A stretch of 64,000 nt of DNA from Candidatus Omnitrophota bacterium (GTDB taxonomy: Bacteria; Omnitrophota; Gorgyraeia; Gygaellales; Profunditerraquicolaceae). Position 1 is the stretch's first letter. Every line of letters starts with the position of its first letter. The stretch spans positions 84,788 through 148,787 of the forward strand of contig QZKA01000027.1 of NCBI GenBank assembly GCA_003598135.1, read 5' to 3'. The notes under the pieces are model-generated. The model was not told the origin of the DNA. It saw only the letters and a list, made by a program, of their open reading frames with translations, and made no database searches. Positions 48,804 through 59,137 of the stretch are shown one piece after another. A program made the position numbers and the translations under genes.

Positions 48804-49742
48804 ATGAACAAAGACCTGGTTAGTATAAAGGATTTATCCGCGAAGGATATCAATGGAATTTTCTCGCTTGCCTCGGAAATGAAAAAAAGGCCGTTTGCTT
48901 TTTCCCGGGCCCTTCGGGGCAAGACCCTGGCGTTGATTTTTGAAAAACCGTCTAACAGGACATACGTGTCTTTTCAGGTGGGCATGTATCAGCTCGGCGG
49001 AGACTCGATATATTTGGGCCCGGAGCATATTAAGCTGGGTGTGCGGGAATCGGTACATGATGTAGCGAAAACCCTAAGCCGTTATGTAGACGGAATTGTG
49101 ATACGTACGTTTGCGCATGCAAAAGTGCTGGAGATGGCGCGTTATTCAAATAAGCCGGTAATCAATGGATTATCCGATTTTTCTCATCCCTGCCAGGCCT
49201 TAGCCGACGTCTTGACCATCAAAGAAAAATTACGCAGGCTAAAAGGGGTTACCCTTGCGTACGTGGGCGATGGGAACAATGTTTGCGTTTCATTGCTTTA
49301 TATCTGTTCGAAGCTTGGTATTCACATGAAAGTTGCGACACCCTTAGGCTATGCGCCTGGTCAAAAGGTAATTATGCAGGCCAAGGCGTTGGCGCATGCA
49401 AGCGGAGCAAGGATACTTATTTCACACAATGCGCCTGAAGCGGCCAAAGGTGCTGACGTGCTGTATACGGACGTATGGGCGAGCATGGGCCAGGAGAAGG
49501 AGGCCGAAAGACGCAAGAGGATCTTTAGGGCTTTTCAGCTTAATTCAAAACTTGCTTCGTTTGCCAAGAAAAAAGCATTGATCATGCATTGTCTGCCTGC
49601 TCATCGTGGAGAAGAAATAACCGATGAGATAATTGACAGCAAAAATTCCATTGTATTTGACCAGGCGGAGAACCGGATGCATGTGCAGAAAGCCATTTTG
49701 ATAAAATTAATGAAGGGATACGTCTATGTTAAAAAAGACTAA
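48804..49742 (+). CDS. argF: Ornithine carbamoyltransferase
   Basis: FEKPSNRT, HPCQ, GDGNN, DVWASMG, HCLP, QAENR. Confidence 0.95.
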   Translation: MNKDLVSIKDLSAKDINGIFSLASEMKKRPFAFSRALRGKTLALIFEKPSNRTYVSFQVGMYQLGGDSIYLGPEHIKLGVRESVHDVAKTLSRYVDGIVIRTFAHAKVLEMARYSNKPVINGLSDFSHPCQALADVLTIKEKLRRLKGVTLAYVGDGNNVCVSLLYICSKLGIHMKVATPLGYAPGQKVIMQAKALAHASGARILISHNAPEAAKGADVLYTDVWASMGQEKEAERRKRIFRAFQLNSKLASFAKKKALIMHCLPAHRGEEITDEIIDSKNSIVFDQAENRMHVQKAILIKLMKGYVYVKKD

Positions 49743-49755
49743 AGACGCAGGCACT

Positions 49756-50937
49756 ATGAAGAAGATCGTACTGGCTTATTCCGGAGGCCTAGATACTTCT
49801 TGCGCAGTCCGATGGCTGAAAGAACGCGGATATGAAGTGATTTGTTTTGTTGCCGATTTAGGCCAAGGATTAGGCGAAGGAGAAGATTTCGGACAGATAA
49901 AAGAAAGGGCCATTGCCGCAGGCGCTTTAAAAGTTTATATTAAGGACCTTCAAGAAGAATTTATCGAAGACTTTATCATTCCTGCGCTTAAAGCCAATGC
50001 AATCTACGAAGGAAAATATCTTCTTGCTACCGCGTTGGGAAGGCCGCTCATTGCAAAATATCTGGTCGATATCGCGCACAAAGAAAATGCGCATGCGGTA
50101 GCGCATGGCTGCACAGGCAAAGGAAACGACCAGGTAAGGTTTGAAGTGACGGTTGGCATTTTGGATCCTAAATTAGAAATCATTGCTCCGGTCCGGGAGT
50201 GGGAGTTTAAATCCCGCGAAGAAGAGATGGAATACGCTGCGCTTTACGACATCCCGATAGACGTAACGAAGAAGAAGCCTTACAGTATCGATAGAAATAT
50301 CTGGGGTATAAGTATTGAGGCAGGCGTATTGGAGGACCTGGACAAGGAACCGCCCGAAGACGCCTATCTTATTACGAAAGGCCCCACGAGTAGCGCAAGC
50401 TATCCTAAATACATTGAGGTATCTTTTGAGAAAGGCGTGCCTAAAAAAATTGATGGCCGAGCCTACAAATTAAAAGAGCTTATTATGGAACTGAACTCAG
50501 TCGGCGGATTGCATGGGGTGGGCAGAAGCGACGCAGTTGAGAACCGGCTTGTGGGTATCAAATCACGGGAGGTGTATGAAGCACCGGCAGCAACAATCAT
50601 CTATACTGCGCATAAAGAACTAGAAAGCCTAGTGCTTGACAGGGAGTTGGCGCATTTTAAAGAGGAGGTATCACTGAAATACTCTGAGCTTGTCTATTAT
50701 GGCCTTTGGTATGCCCCCTTAAAGAGTGCGCTTGATAGTTTTGTTGCGTATACGCAAAGACATGTAACCGGAACAGTGCGTCTGAAACTTTCAAAAGGAA
50801 TGTGCGTTGTGGCCGGGCGGAAATCACCTTACTCGTTATACAAAAAAGAATTAAGTACGTACGGAAAAGAAGATAAATTTAACCAGAAACTTGCAAAGGG
50901 ATTTATCGAAATTTGGGGGATGCCCTATCGCAGATAG
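49756..50937 (+). CDS. argG: Argininosuccinate synthase
   Basis: LAYSGGLDTS, HGCTGKGNDQVRFE, ENRLVGIKSRE. Confidence 0.97.
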   Translation: MKKIVLAYSGGLDTSCAVRWLKERGYEVICFVADLGQGLGEGEDFGQIKERAIAAGALKVYIKDLQEEFIEDFIIPALKANAIYEGKYLLATALGRPLIAKYLVDIAHKENAHAVAHGCTGKGNDQVRFEVTVGILDPKLEIIAPVREWEFKSREEEMEYAALYDIPIDVTKKKPYSIDRNIWGISIEAGVLEDLDKEPPEDAYLITKGPTSSASYPKYIEVSFEKGVPKKIDGRAYKLKELIMELNSVGGLHGVGRSDAVENRLVGIKSREVYEAPAATIIYTAHKELESLVLDRELAHFKEEVSLKYSELVYYGLWYAPLKSALDSFVAYTQRHVTGTVRLKLSKGMCVVAGRKSPYSLYKKELSTYGKEDKFNQKLAKGFIEIWGMPYRR

Positions 50938-50963
50938 CGCAAAAACCTATTGGGAGTGCTGAG

Positions 50964-52343
50964 ATGACCAAGAAATTATGGGGAACACGATTTATAAAAA
51001 AAAGTAACCCGCTTATGGATAAATTTACCTCAAGTATTTCCTTTGACCAGAGACTGGCCAAGTATGATATTGCCGGTAGTATCGCTCATGCGAAAATGCT
51101 GCATAAGCAGAAAATAATATCTTCAAAGGACGCTGGCTTGATAGTGGGGGGTCTTAAGGAACTTGGCGCGCAAATCGGATCCGGAAGATTCAAGTTTGAT
51201 GCAGGGGCAGAAGACATCCATTCAAACATCCAGGACGCCTTATTCAAGAAGATAGGCAACCCCGCGCTTAAATTGCATACCGCCCGTTCACGCAACGACC
51301 AGATTGCATTGGACATACGGATGTATTTGATGGAAGAGGTTTCAGGACTTGTCGCATTGATTGCAGTATTGCAAAAATCTATCCTGAATTTTGCCAGACG
51401 TAATAATAAAGTGATCATACCGGGCTATACGCATCTTCAAGTTGCCCAGTGCGTGCTTCTTGCGCACCATTTGCTGGCTTACCTGGAGAGTCTAGAGCGG
51501 GACAAGATGCGTTTAGTTGACGCCCAGAAAAGAATAAACGCAATGCCTTTGGGCAGTTGTGCACTTTCCGGGACCGGCTTGCCCATAGACCGTGAGTTTG
51601 TCAAGAAGGAGCTTGGATTCAAGACTGTCACCGCCAACAGCCTGGACAGCGTAAGTGACCGGGATTTCATTATCGAAGTTTTAGCGGATCTCTCGATTCT
51701 TTCGGTGCATCTTTCCCGTTTTGCGGAGGATTTGATTCTTTGGTCGACAAAAGAATTCAACTTTATCGATATCGATTTTTCATTTTGTACGGGATCAAGT
51801 ATAATGCCTCACAAGAAAAACCCGGATGTGTTGGAATTGATCCGGGGGTATGCGGGTAGAATCCATGGGGATCTCTCAAACGTTTTGATCCTCATGAAGG
51901 GGCTGCCGCTTTCCTACAACCGGGACCTGCAGCTCGATAAGCCCCCGTTATTTAACTCCATTGATACGGTGAAGGATGTCCTTGGCATCCTTGCTGAGGT
52001 TTTTAAGTACATTGCTATTAATGAAGAAGCGGTAGCAAACAAGCTCATGGATGAATCCCTTTTTTCCGTAGATGTAGTCGAATACCTGATTAAAAAAGGC
52101 ATTTCCTACCGGCAGGCGCACGATATCGTCGGCCGAATGGTAAAGAACTGCCTTGATAAAGGCAGAAAGATTTCAAGCCTTTCCACAGTCGAACTAAAAA
52201 AATATTCTCCGCAACTAGAGGGCGATGTGAAGAAAATACTTAATGCCTGGACTTCTGTAAGCCTCAAAACCTCTTACGGCGGTACAAGCCCGCGTTTGGT
52301 AAGGCAGCAACTAAAGAAATGGAGTAAGCGGCTCAATGCATGA
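50964..52343 (+). CDS. argH: Argininosuccinate lyase
   Basis: LWG-RF, HTARSRNDQ, PGYTHLQ, GSSIMPHKKNPD. Confidence 0.97.
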   Translation: MTKKLWGTRFIKKSNPLMDKFTSSISFDQRLAKYDIAGSIAHAKMLHKQKIISSKDAGLIVGGLKELGAQIGSGRFKFDAGAEDIHSNIQDALFKKIGNPALKLHTARSRNDQIALDIRMYLMEEVSGLVALIAVLQKSILNFARRNNKVIIPGYTHLQVAQCVLLAHHLLAYLESLERDKMRLVDAQKRINAMPLGSCALSGTGLPIDREFVKKELGFKTVTANSLDSVSDRDFIIEVLADLSILSVHLSRFAEDLILWSTKEFNFIDIDFSFCTGSSIMPHKKNPDVLELIRGYAGRIHGDLSNVLILMKGLPLSYNRDLQLDKPPLFNSIDTVKDVLGILAEVFKYIAINEEAVANKLMDESLFSVDVVEYLIKKGISYRQAHDIVGRMVKNCLDKGRKISSLSTVELKKYSPQLEGDVKKILNAWTSVSLKTSYGGTSPRLVRQQLKKWSKRLNA

Positions 52344-53610
52344 ATTTAGGTACCGCAGGAATACCCTTTATTGCGAAGATGTAAGTGTGTTTGATTTAGC
52401 GGACCGTTTCGGAACGCCTCTGTTTGTGTATAGTTATCATACCGTGATTGACCATTACGTCAAATTACAGAAGGCCTTTGGTCCAGCTAATCCCCTTATT
52501 TGTTATTCGGTGAAGGCAAATTCAAACCTTGCGGTTCTCAAAGCGCTTATAGATAAAGGCGCAGGCTTAGATGTGGTATCCGGCGGGGAGCTCTTTCGGG
52601 CTTTTAAGGCTGGTTGTCCTGCACAACGTATAGTATACGCTTCAGTCGGTAAGACTGAAGGTGAAATAGAAGAAGCAGTCAGAAGGGGGATTCTGTTTTT
52701 CAATGTTGAGTCTACTCCTGAGCTTAACGCCATTAACCGTATTTCAAAAAAATTGCGTAAAGTAACTGCTGTAGCTCTGCGAATAAATCCCGATGTCGAG
52801 CCGAAAACGCATAAATTTATCACTACCGGCAAGATCACCAACAAATTCGGCATCGATTTTGCCAGCGCAGAGTCACTCTTGCTCAAGGCGCACGCCTTTT
52901 CACATGTGACAATAAAAGCCCTTCATATCCATATTGGGTCTCAGATAACAGAGAGCGGCCCTTTTGTTTCTGCTATTTCAAGGATGGTCAGGCTTATCCG
53001 CCGACTAAACAACAGGGGGGTGCGCATCGAGTATTTGAATATCGGTGGAGGCCTAGGCATAGTCTATGACAAAGAAGCGCCGCAGACAGCTTCAGCCTTT
53101 GCCTCAAAGATTCTTCCACTCATAAAAGAGTCAGGCCTTAAAATTATTCTTGAACCGGGCAGGTTTATTGTAGGCAACGCAGGGATTTTAGTTACGAAAA
53201 TCCTCTACGTAAAGGAAACGAGACGCAAGACCTTTTTGATTGTTGATGCAGGCATGAATGATTTGATCAGGCCTGCTCTTTATGACGCGTACCACCGGGT
53301 TATTCCCGTTAAGGTCAAAAAGAGCCGTTTGCATACAAAAGGTATTATTGCTGACGTTGTCGGCCCAATATGCGAGAGTGGCGATTTTCTTGCCAAAGAC
53401 CGGAAGCTGCCGGCGTTGCATGAGGGAGAATACCTTGCGGTGATGGGTGCGGGCGCATACGGATTCAGCATGTCCAGCAATTATAATTCAAGGCGCAGGG
53501 CCGAGGAAGTGATGATCGTAAAAGACAGGGTGTTTGTTATCAGAAAAAGGGAGTCCTTGGAAGATTTGGTGAGAAATGAAAATATCCCGCCATTTCTATT
53601 AGGCCTTTAA
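52336..53610 (+). CDS. lysA: Diaminopimelate decarboxylase
   Basis: YSVKAN, HIGSQ, EPGR, GPICESGD, GAYG. Confidence 0.97.
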   Translation: MHEFRYRRNTLYCEDVSVFDLADRFGTPLFVYSYHTVIDHYVKLQKAFGPANPLICYSVKANSNLAVLKALIDKGAGLDVVSGGELFRAFKAGCPAQRIVYASVGKTEGEIEEAVRRGILFFNVESTPELNAINRISKKLRKVTAVALRINPDVEPKTHKFITTGKITNKFGIDFASAESLLLKAHAFSHVTIKALHIHIGSQITESGPFVSAISRMVRLIRRLNNRGVRIEYLNIGGGLGIVYDKEAPQTASAFASKILPLIKESGLKIILEPGRFIVGNAGILVTKILYVKETRRKTFLIVDAGMNDLIRPALYDAYHRVIPVKVKKSRLHTKGIIADVVGPICESGDFLAKDRKLPALHEGEYLAVMGAGAYGFSMSSNYNSRRRAEEVMIVKDRVFVIRKRESLEDLVRNENIPPFLLGL

Positions 53611-53612
53611 TT

Positions 53613-54416
53613 ATGCACAACATCCGTTTCGTGAAAATGGTTGCTTCGGGTAATGATTTTGTCATTGCCGAGATGAAAAGGATGCGGGCTGATACTATAA
53701 GAACTATTGCCCGTGCGCTATGTCAGAGGAAAACCGGCATTGGCTCAGACGGCCTGCTTATCCTTGAGCCCTCCACGCACGCAGACATCCGTATGCGCAT
53801 TTTTAACGCCGACGGGTCAGAAGCAGAAATGTGCGGAAACGGCGCGCGTTGTGTTGGGTTGTATATGCACCGTTTCCACAGGCGCAAGAGTCTGTTTACC
53901 ATTGAAAGCAAAGCCGGCATCATTAACGCAGAAGTTTGTAATGATAGCGTAAGGATTAAGTTGACGGATCCCCTTGCGCTTGCGCAGGATGTCTTGCTTT
54001 CTTTGCAGAAGAAACTTAATATCAACTACATCAATACAGGCGTTCCGCATGTGGTTATTTTTGTCGAGGGGCTGGATGCCATTGACGTAGAAGTTATTGG
54101 AAGGCAGGTGCGCTATCACAGGAAGTTTGCGCCGGCAGGTGCGAATGTGGACTTCGTCGAGGTAGCCGGGCCTTCGCAAATAAAAGTGCGCACCTATGAG
54201 CGCGGAGTTGAAGGCGAAACGCTTGCGTGCGGGACAGGAAGCGTTGCCTCTGCCTTAATCTTTGCTATGAAAACCGGCGCCAAGAACAAGGTATATGTGC
54301 ATACCAGGAGCGGGGAGTTGCTTACGGTATTTTTTGAAAATAAAAAAGGTTGTTTTCGTAACGTCTGGCTTAAAGGTAAGGCCATGATCGTTTTTTCCGG
54401 AACAAGTTTCATATAA
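53613..54416 (+). CDS. dapF: Diaminopimelate epimerase
   Basis: GNDF, NADGSEAEMCGNG, GVPH, ERGVEGETLACGTG. Confidence 0.97.
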   Translation: MHNIRFVKMVASGNDFVIAEMKRMRADTIRTIARALCQRKTGIGSDGLLILEPSTHADIRMRIFNADGSEAEMCGNGARCVGLYMHRFHRRKSLFTIESKAGIINAEVCNDSVRIKLTDPLALAQDVLLSLQKKLNINYINTGVPHVVIFVEGLDAIDVEVIGRQVRYHRKFAPAGANVDFVEVAGPSQIKVRTYERGVEGETLACGTGSVASALIFAMKTGAKNKVYVHTRSGELLTVFFENKKGCFRNVWLKGKAMIVFSGTSFI

Positions 54417-54431
54417 AAAGGAGGAGTAAGA

Positions 54432-54989
54432 ATGGTGTGGATACTTCTTGTGGCTATACTAGCTGCAGTAGCGTGGTTAATCTCTTCGTACAATAGTTTG
54501 ATATCTTTGAGGAACCTGGCGATAAACGGCTGGAAACAGATTGACGTACAGTTGAAGCGACGCCACGACCTTATCCCTAATTTGGTTGAGACGGTAAAGG
54601 GGGCAATGAAGTTCGAACAGAATACCTTGACCCAGGTTATCGAGGCCCGCAACAAGGCCATAGCGGCTCAAGGGGTCGCTGAGAAGGCAGCCCAGGAAAA
54701 TGTCTTGACCGGAGCCCTCAGGCAGCTCTTTGCGTTGGTAGAGAATTATCCTGATTTGAAATCAAACCAAAACGTAGGCAAGCTGCAGGAAGAGCTTGTT
54801 TCTACCGAGAACAGGATTGGTTTTGCGCGGCAGTTTTATAACGATATCGCGACAAAATTCAATACTGCATTACAGGTATTTCCCGCAAATATGATTGCCG
54901 GGATGTTTGGGTTTAAAGTGGCGGAATTATTCGAGATTACTGATAGTGCCGAGAGAGCGACGCCAAAGGTGGATTTGAACATTAAATGA
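54432..54989 (+). CDS. lemA: LemA family protein
   Basis: IDVQLKRRHDLIPNLV, ENYPDLKS, TENRI-FARQFYN. Confidence 0.95.
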   Translation: MVWILLVAILAAVAWLISSYNSLISLRNLAINGWKQIDVQLKRRHDLIPNLVETVKGAMKFEQNTLTQVIEARNKAIAAQGVAEKAAQENVLTGALRQLFALVENYPDLKSNQNVGKLQEELVSTENRIGFARQFYNDIATKFNTALQVFPANMIAGMFGFKVAELFEITDSAERATPKVDLNIK

Positions 54990-55924
54990 ACATCTACGAG
55001 CAGGCATTGAGTAACAGGCGCGCAACTTGGGTTATCAGTAGCGTGTTTGTTGGACTTTTTTTATTTATCGGATTTGGGTTTGATTATATGTACGGGGCAG
55101 GTTTTTCAGTGCCTGTTTTTACTATCGCGGCGCTTTTTCTGGGGATAGTATCTGCGTACAGTAGTTATGAATACGGAGACAGGTTCATTTTGTCTTCGAC
55201 ACACGCACAGCCTCTGGATTTAGACGATCCTGCACAAAAACAATGGCAGAACGTGGTAGAGGAAATGAGCATTGCAGCGGGTATCCCTCTGCCTAGGATA
55301 TTCATAATCGAAGACCAGGACCCCAATGCATTTGCGACCGGCAAGGATCCGCAGCATTCTTCTCTTGTGGTTACCAAGGGCCTGCTTCAGTCATTGGATC
55401 GGGATGAGCTGCAGGCAGTGGCAGCGCATGAGATGAGCCACATAAGAAATTTTGACATAAGGGTGATGCTTATGCTCTCCGTGCTGGTGGGTGCAATGGC
55501 GTTGATTTCTGATTGGGCGCGCAGGGGGATATTCCGCGGTTCTCGGCGCTCAGGTTCAAGGAGGCAGGGGCAGGGCAATGCCGCATTGTTACTGCTTGTG
55601 GTCTGGCTGGTTACGATTATTCTGGCGCCTTTATTGTCTCAGTTGCTTGCGATGTGCGTATCGCGCAAACGTGAGTATCTTGCTGATGCTTCGGGCGCTG
55701 AATTGACCCGCCACCCTCTGGCGTTGGCACGCGCGCTTGAAAAAATAGATTCTCGCAGCGAACCCACGCGTTCTATTAATCAGGGGACTGCGCATCTGTG
55801 CATTGCCGATCCTAAGGGCAGATCGTTGAGCGCAAAGCAGGGCTGGGTTGCGGATTTATTGGCTACACATCCGCCAATCAACAGGCGCATTGAGGCACTT
55901 AAGCAAATGGCGTATGTTGCCTAA
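54986..55924 (+). CDS. htpX: M48 zinc metalloprotease HtpX
   Basis: PNAFATG, HEMSH (HExxH), SR-REYLAD, THPP. Confidence 0.93.
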   Translation: MNIYEQALSNRRATWVISSVFVGLFLFIGFGFDYMYGAGFSVPVFTIAALFLGIVSAYSSYEYGDRFILSSTHAQPLDLDDPAQKQWQNVVEEMSIAAGIPLPRIFIIEDQDPNAFATGKDPQHSSLVVTKGLLQSLDRDELQAVAAHEMSHIRNFDIRVMLMLSVLVGAMALISDWARRGIFRGSRRSGSRRQGQGNAALLLLVVWLVTIILAPLLSQLLAMCVSRKREYLADASGAELTRHPLALARALEKIDSRSEPTRSINQGTAHLCIADPKGRSLSAKQGWVADLLATHPPINRRIEALKQMAYVA

Positions 55925-55942
55925 AGCGATGGAGGATTAAAG

Positions 55943-56818
55943 ATGTTTAAAGGTTCTATTGTTGCGATAGTTACGCCTTTTAAAAATGGTAAAGTTGATG
56001 AAAAAAAGCTCAGAGAACTGATCGAATTTCATATTGCGAACGGCACTTCTGGTATTGTGCCTTGTGGCACGACGGGCGAGTCGGCAACACTGTCTTTTCA
56101 GGAGCATGACCGGGTAATCGAGGTTACAATTGAGCAGTCAAAAAAGAGGGTGCCGGTTATTGCAGGTACCGGCTCGAATTCTACCGAAGAGGCGATTATG
56201 CTCACTCGCCATGCCCAGAAGGCCGGGGCAGATGCCTCACTTCAGGTGTCTCCTTATTACAATAGGCCGACACAGCGTGGGCTTTATGAGCACTTTAAAG
56301 CGATTGCAGAATCAGTGGATATCCCGCTTATCTTATATAATATTGCGTCCCGGACAGGCGTGAACATTGAGCCCGAAACCATTGCCAGGTTAGCCAGGGA
56401 ATGCAAAAATATCGTAGGAGTTAAGGAAGCATCAGGCAGTCTTGATCAGATGGCGCGCATAAAAGCCCTTTGCCCTGGTTCTTTCAGCTTGATTTCAGGG
56501 GACGATTCGCTTACCCTTCCCGTGCTAAGCATCGGAGGGACGGGGGTTATCTCTGTAGTAGCAAACATCGTCCCGAAAGATGTTGCTGAGCTGGTGGAGT
56601 CGTTTGAGCAGGGCAGTATCAAAAAAGCCCAAGCGATCCACTATAAATTACTTCCCTTGATCAAGGCGATGTTTATAGAAACTAATCCCATTCCCGTTAA
56701 GACTGCAATGGGTTTATTGGGCATGTGTGAGCCGGCTTTAAGGCTTCCGATGTGCCCTATGATGCCTGAAAATGAGGAGAAGTTGAAAAAGGCCCTGAAG
56801 GAGTACGGGTTGTTGTAG
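55943..56818 (+). CDS. dapA: 4-hydroxy-tetrahydrodipicolinate synthase
   Basis: GTTGES, PYYN, YNI--RT, GVKEA, SGDD, ETNPIPVK. Confidence 0.97.
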   Translation: MFKGSIVAIVTPFKNGKVDEKKLRELIEFHIANGTSGIVPCGTTGESATLSFQEHDRVIEVTIEQSKKRVPVIAGTGSNSTEEAIMLTRHAQKAGADASLQVSPYYNRPTQRGLYEHFKAIAESVDIPLILYNIASRTGVNIEPETIARLARECKNIVGVKEASGSLDQMARIKALCPGSFSLISGDDSLTLPVLSIGGTGVISVVANIVPKDVAELVESFEQGSIKKAQAIHYKLLPLIKAMFIETNPIPVKTAMGLLGMCEPALRLPMCPMMPENEEKLKKALKEYGLL

Positions 56819-56834
56819 CAGAAAAGATGCTGTC

Positions 56835-56906
56835 TGCGTTTTGCGTTCGGCGTAGACCGTCGTGCGTAAAGGCAAAGCTAACGCTTAGCGCTGAACGCCC
56901 AACGCA
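56835..56906. repeat. GC-rich 7-bp periodic inverted repeat (TGCGTNN x5 and NAACGCN x4)
   Basis: CGT recurs every 7 nt over 56837-56867 and CGC every 7 nt over 56882-56905; the arms are complementary. Confidence 0.75.
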
Positions 56907-56927
56907 TCCAGGGAACAATGCTATAAA

Positions 56928-56974
56928 AGGTTAAGGTCTAGGTTAAGGCCCAGTAAGGCCAAGGCCTTAGGTAG
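56928..56974. repeat. AGGNNN hexamer run
   Basis: AGGTTA AGGTCT AGGTTA AGGCCC AGTA AGGCCA AGGCCT. Confidence 0.7.
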
Positions 56975-56980
56975 CGAAGG

Positions 56981-57192
56981 TAATGACAAGTGCACAAAAT
57001 CCCTGCCTGATGGCAGGCAGGCAAATGACAAATAAAATGCCAAATTCCAAGCATCCTGCCTACCGGCAGGCAGGCAAATCACAAATAAGCTCCAAATTAC
57101 AATGAGCGAATCACCGAAACGGATATGCATTGGTCATTGGTCATTTGGACATTTGGATTTATTTGGAATTTGAGTTTTGGTATTTATCATTA
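56981..57192. repeat. 7-bp periodic hairpin element, copy 2, with two palindrome insertions
   Basis: CAAATNN and TTTGGNN arms; CCTGCCTGATGGCAGGCAGG at 57002-57021; CCTGCCTACCGGCAGGCAGG at 57055-57074. Confidence 0.85.
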
Positions 57193-57207
57193 GTAAAGGA
57201 GCAGGCG

Positions 57208-57921
57208 ATGATTAAGCTAGGAATAGCGGGTGCATGCGGAAAAATGGGCAGGCGCATATTTGAGTTAGCTTCCTACGACAAGGCCTTCGAAGTTACCCTT
57301 GCTCTCGAAAGGAAGGGTACGCCTTTGATCGGCAGAGAATTGGGAAAGCTTAAGGTGTCTTCAGGCCCTGACGGAATATTCCTTATCGACTTGCTTATTG
57401 ATTTTACTGTTCCGGATGCAACAGAGATGAATCTTGAGTATGTCGCGAAGTATCGAAAAGCCCTCGTTGTAGGGACGACCGGCCTTAATGAATCGCAATT
57501 AAAGAAGATAGAAGAAGTTTCTCATGTGGTGCCTGTGGTATTTTCTCCGAATATGTCTGTAGGCGTAAATGTGCTTTTTTCGCTTTTACCTGAGATATAT
57601 AAGAGGCTTGGAAATGAGTATGGCATTGAAATAGTGGAAGCGCATCACAAGACAAAAAAGGACGCTCCTTCGGGCACTGCAAAAAAGTTCGCTCAGGTTT
57701 TATCCGAGGTAACGAAACAGGAAATCCCGGTGCATGCCGTCCGGTTGGGCGATATAGTAGGCGACCACACAATAATTTTCTCGGGGAATTCCGAACGGAT
57801 AGAGATAAAACATCAGGCTCACTCAAGGGATTTATTTGCCCTGGGAGCTTTAAAAGCTGCAAAATGGCTTACAGGCAAACCCGCTGGTTTATATACCATG
57901 CAGGATGTCCTTTTTAAATAG
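57208..57921 (+). CDS. dapB: 4-hydroxy-tetrahydrodipicolinate reductase
   Basis: GACGKMG, IDFT, GTTG, NMSVG, EAHH--KKDAPSGTA; AAGGAG RBS. Confidence 0.96.
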   Translation: MIKLGIAGACGKMGRRIFELASYDKAFEVTLALERKGTPLIGRELGKLKVSSGPDGIFLIDLLIDFTVPDATEMNLEYVAKYRKALVVGTTGLNESQLKKIEEVSHVVPVVFSPNMSVGVNVLFSLLPEIYKRLGNEYGIEIVEAHHKTKKDAPSGTAKKFAQVLSEVTKQEIPVHAVRLGDIVGDHTIIFSGNSERIEIKHQAHSRDLFALGALKAAKWLTGKPAGLYTMQDVLFK

Positions 57922-57973
57922 CCAATTAATGTGCAGCGTTAAGAGTATACATTCTCACAAAAGGAAATACGCT

Positions 57974-59137
57974 ATGGAATGGAGAACGAGCAGACGGTTA
58001 AATAAACTACCGCCTTATCTTTTCTTTGAGATCGACAAAGCCAAGAGGGCAGCGCTCAAGCAGGGCAGAGACATAATCGACTTTGGGATCGGAGACCCCG
58101 ATCAGCCAACTCCCGCTTATATTATTGAGGCATTGCATCGTGCCTCAGAAGACCCGGCAAATCACCGCTACGCCCTCGACCAGGGCATGAGGCGCCTTCG
58201 TTCTGCAATCGAGGGTTGGTACAAAAAAAGGTTCAACGTGGATATCGACGCTGATTCAGAAGTTCTTCCTTTAATTGGTTCAAAGGAAGGAATCGCGCAT
58301 TTTCCTTTGGCGTTTATTAATCCCGGGGACTACGCCCTTATTCCTGATCCCTGCTATCCTCCGTATAAGGGCGGCACTATTTTTGCCGGGGGAATTCCTT
58401 ATCTGCTTGCCTTAAGGCAAGCAGATAATTTTCTTATCGATCTTAAAAAGATTCCTTCCGCAGTACTGAAAAAATCTAAGGCACTCTATGTGAATTACCC
58501 GAATAATCCTACCAGCGCAACATGCGGGACCGGTTTTTATGAACACATCATTGCGTTTGCCAGAAAACACAGGTTAATCGTTATTTCAGACCTTGCGTAT
58601 TCAGAAATTTATTTTGACGGGGAAAAACCGCATAGCCTTTTAGAAATCGAAGGCGCAAAAGAGGTATGTATTGAGTTTCATTCTCTTTCAAAGACCTTCA
58701 ATATGACTGGTTGGAGAATCGGTTGGGCCTGCGGAAACAGAGGCCTTGTGCAGGCATTGTCTAAAGTCAAGTCAAATATCGATTCAGGCGTTTTTTCGGC
58801 AATTCAATACGCTGGCATAGCGGCCCTTGAAGGCGCAGAGAAACATCCCCAGGCTATGCGCACGCTTTATCAGGAAAGACGCGATACATTTGTAACGGGC
58901 TTAAGGTCTTTGGGTTGGAATATTACTGGCCCATCCGCAACATTTTATGTGTGGGCAAAGCTTCCCGGAAGGAAAAGTTCAATTGGCTTTGCTTCCGAGT
59001 TGCTTAAAAGAGCGGATATCATCGCAACGCCTGGGATTGGTTTCGGAAAATCCGGCGAAGGGTTCATCCGTTTTGCGCTCACTGTCGATACAAAAAGAAT
59101 AGAAGAGGCGGTTGAGCGCTTAAAAACAATATGGTAA
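57974..59137 (+). CDS. dapL: LL-diaminopimelate aminotransferase (class I/II)
   Basis: LPPYLF, GIGDPD, GSKEG, NYPNNPT, SLSKTFNMTGWRIG, DSG; dap operon context. Confidence 0.85.
   Translation: MEWRTSRRLNKLPPYLFFEIDKAKRAALKQGRDIIDFGIGDPDQPTPAYIIEALHRASEDPANHRYALDQGMRRLRSAIEGWYKKRFNVDIDADSEVLPLIGSKEGIAHFPLAFINPGDYALIPDPCYPPYKGGTIFAGGIPYLLALRQADNFLIDLKKIPSAVLKKSKALYVNYPNNPTSATCGTGFYEHIIAFARKHRLIVISDLAYSEIYFDGEKPHSLLEIEGAKEVCIEFHSLSKTFNMTGWRIGWACGNRGLVQALSKVKSNIDSGVFSAIQYAGIAALEGAEKHPQAMRTLYQERRDTFVTGLRSLGWNITGPSATFYVWAKLPGRKSSIGFASELLKRADIIATPGIGFGKSGEGFIRFALTVDTKRIEEAVERLKTIW

Noticed and set aside
56921-57207. Minus-strand ORF 56921-57130 and the N-terminal extension of dapB from 57130
   Set aside because: Both are repeat-derived; the true dapB start with an RBS is at 57208.
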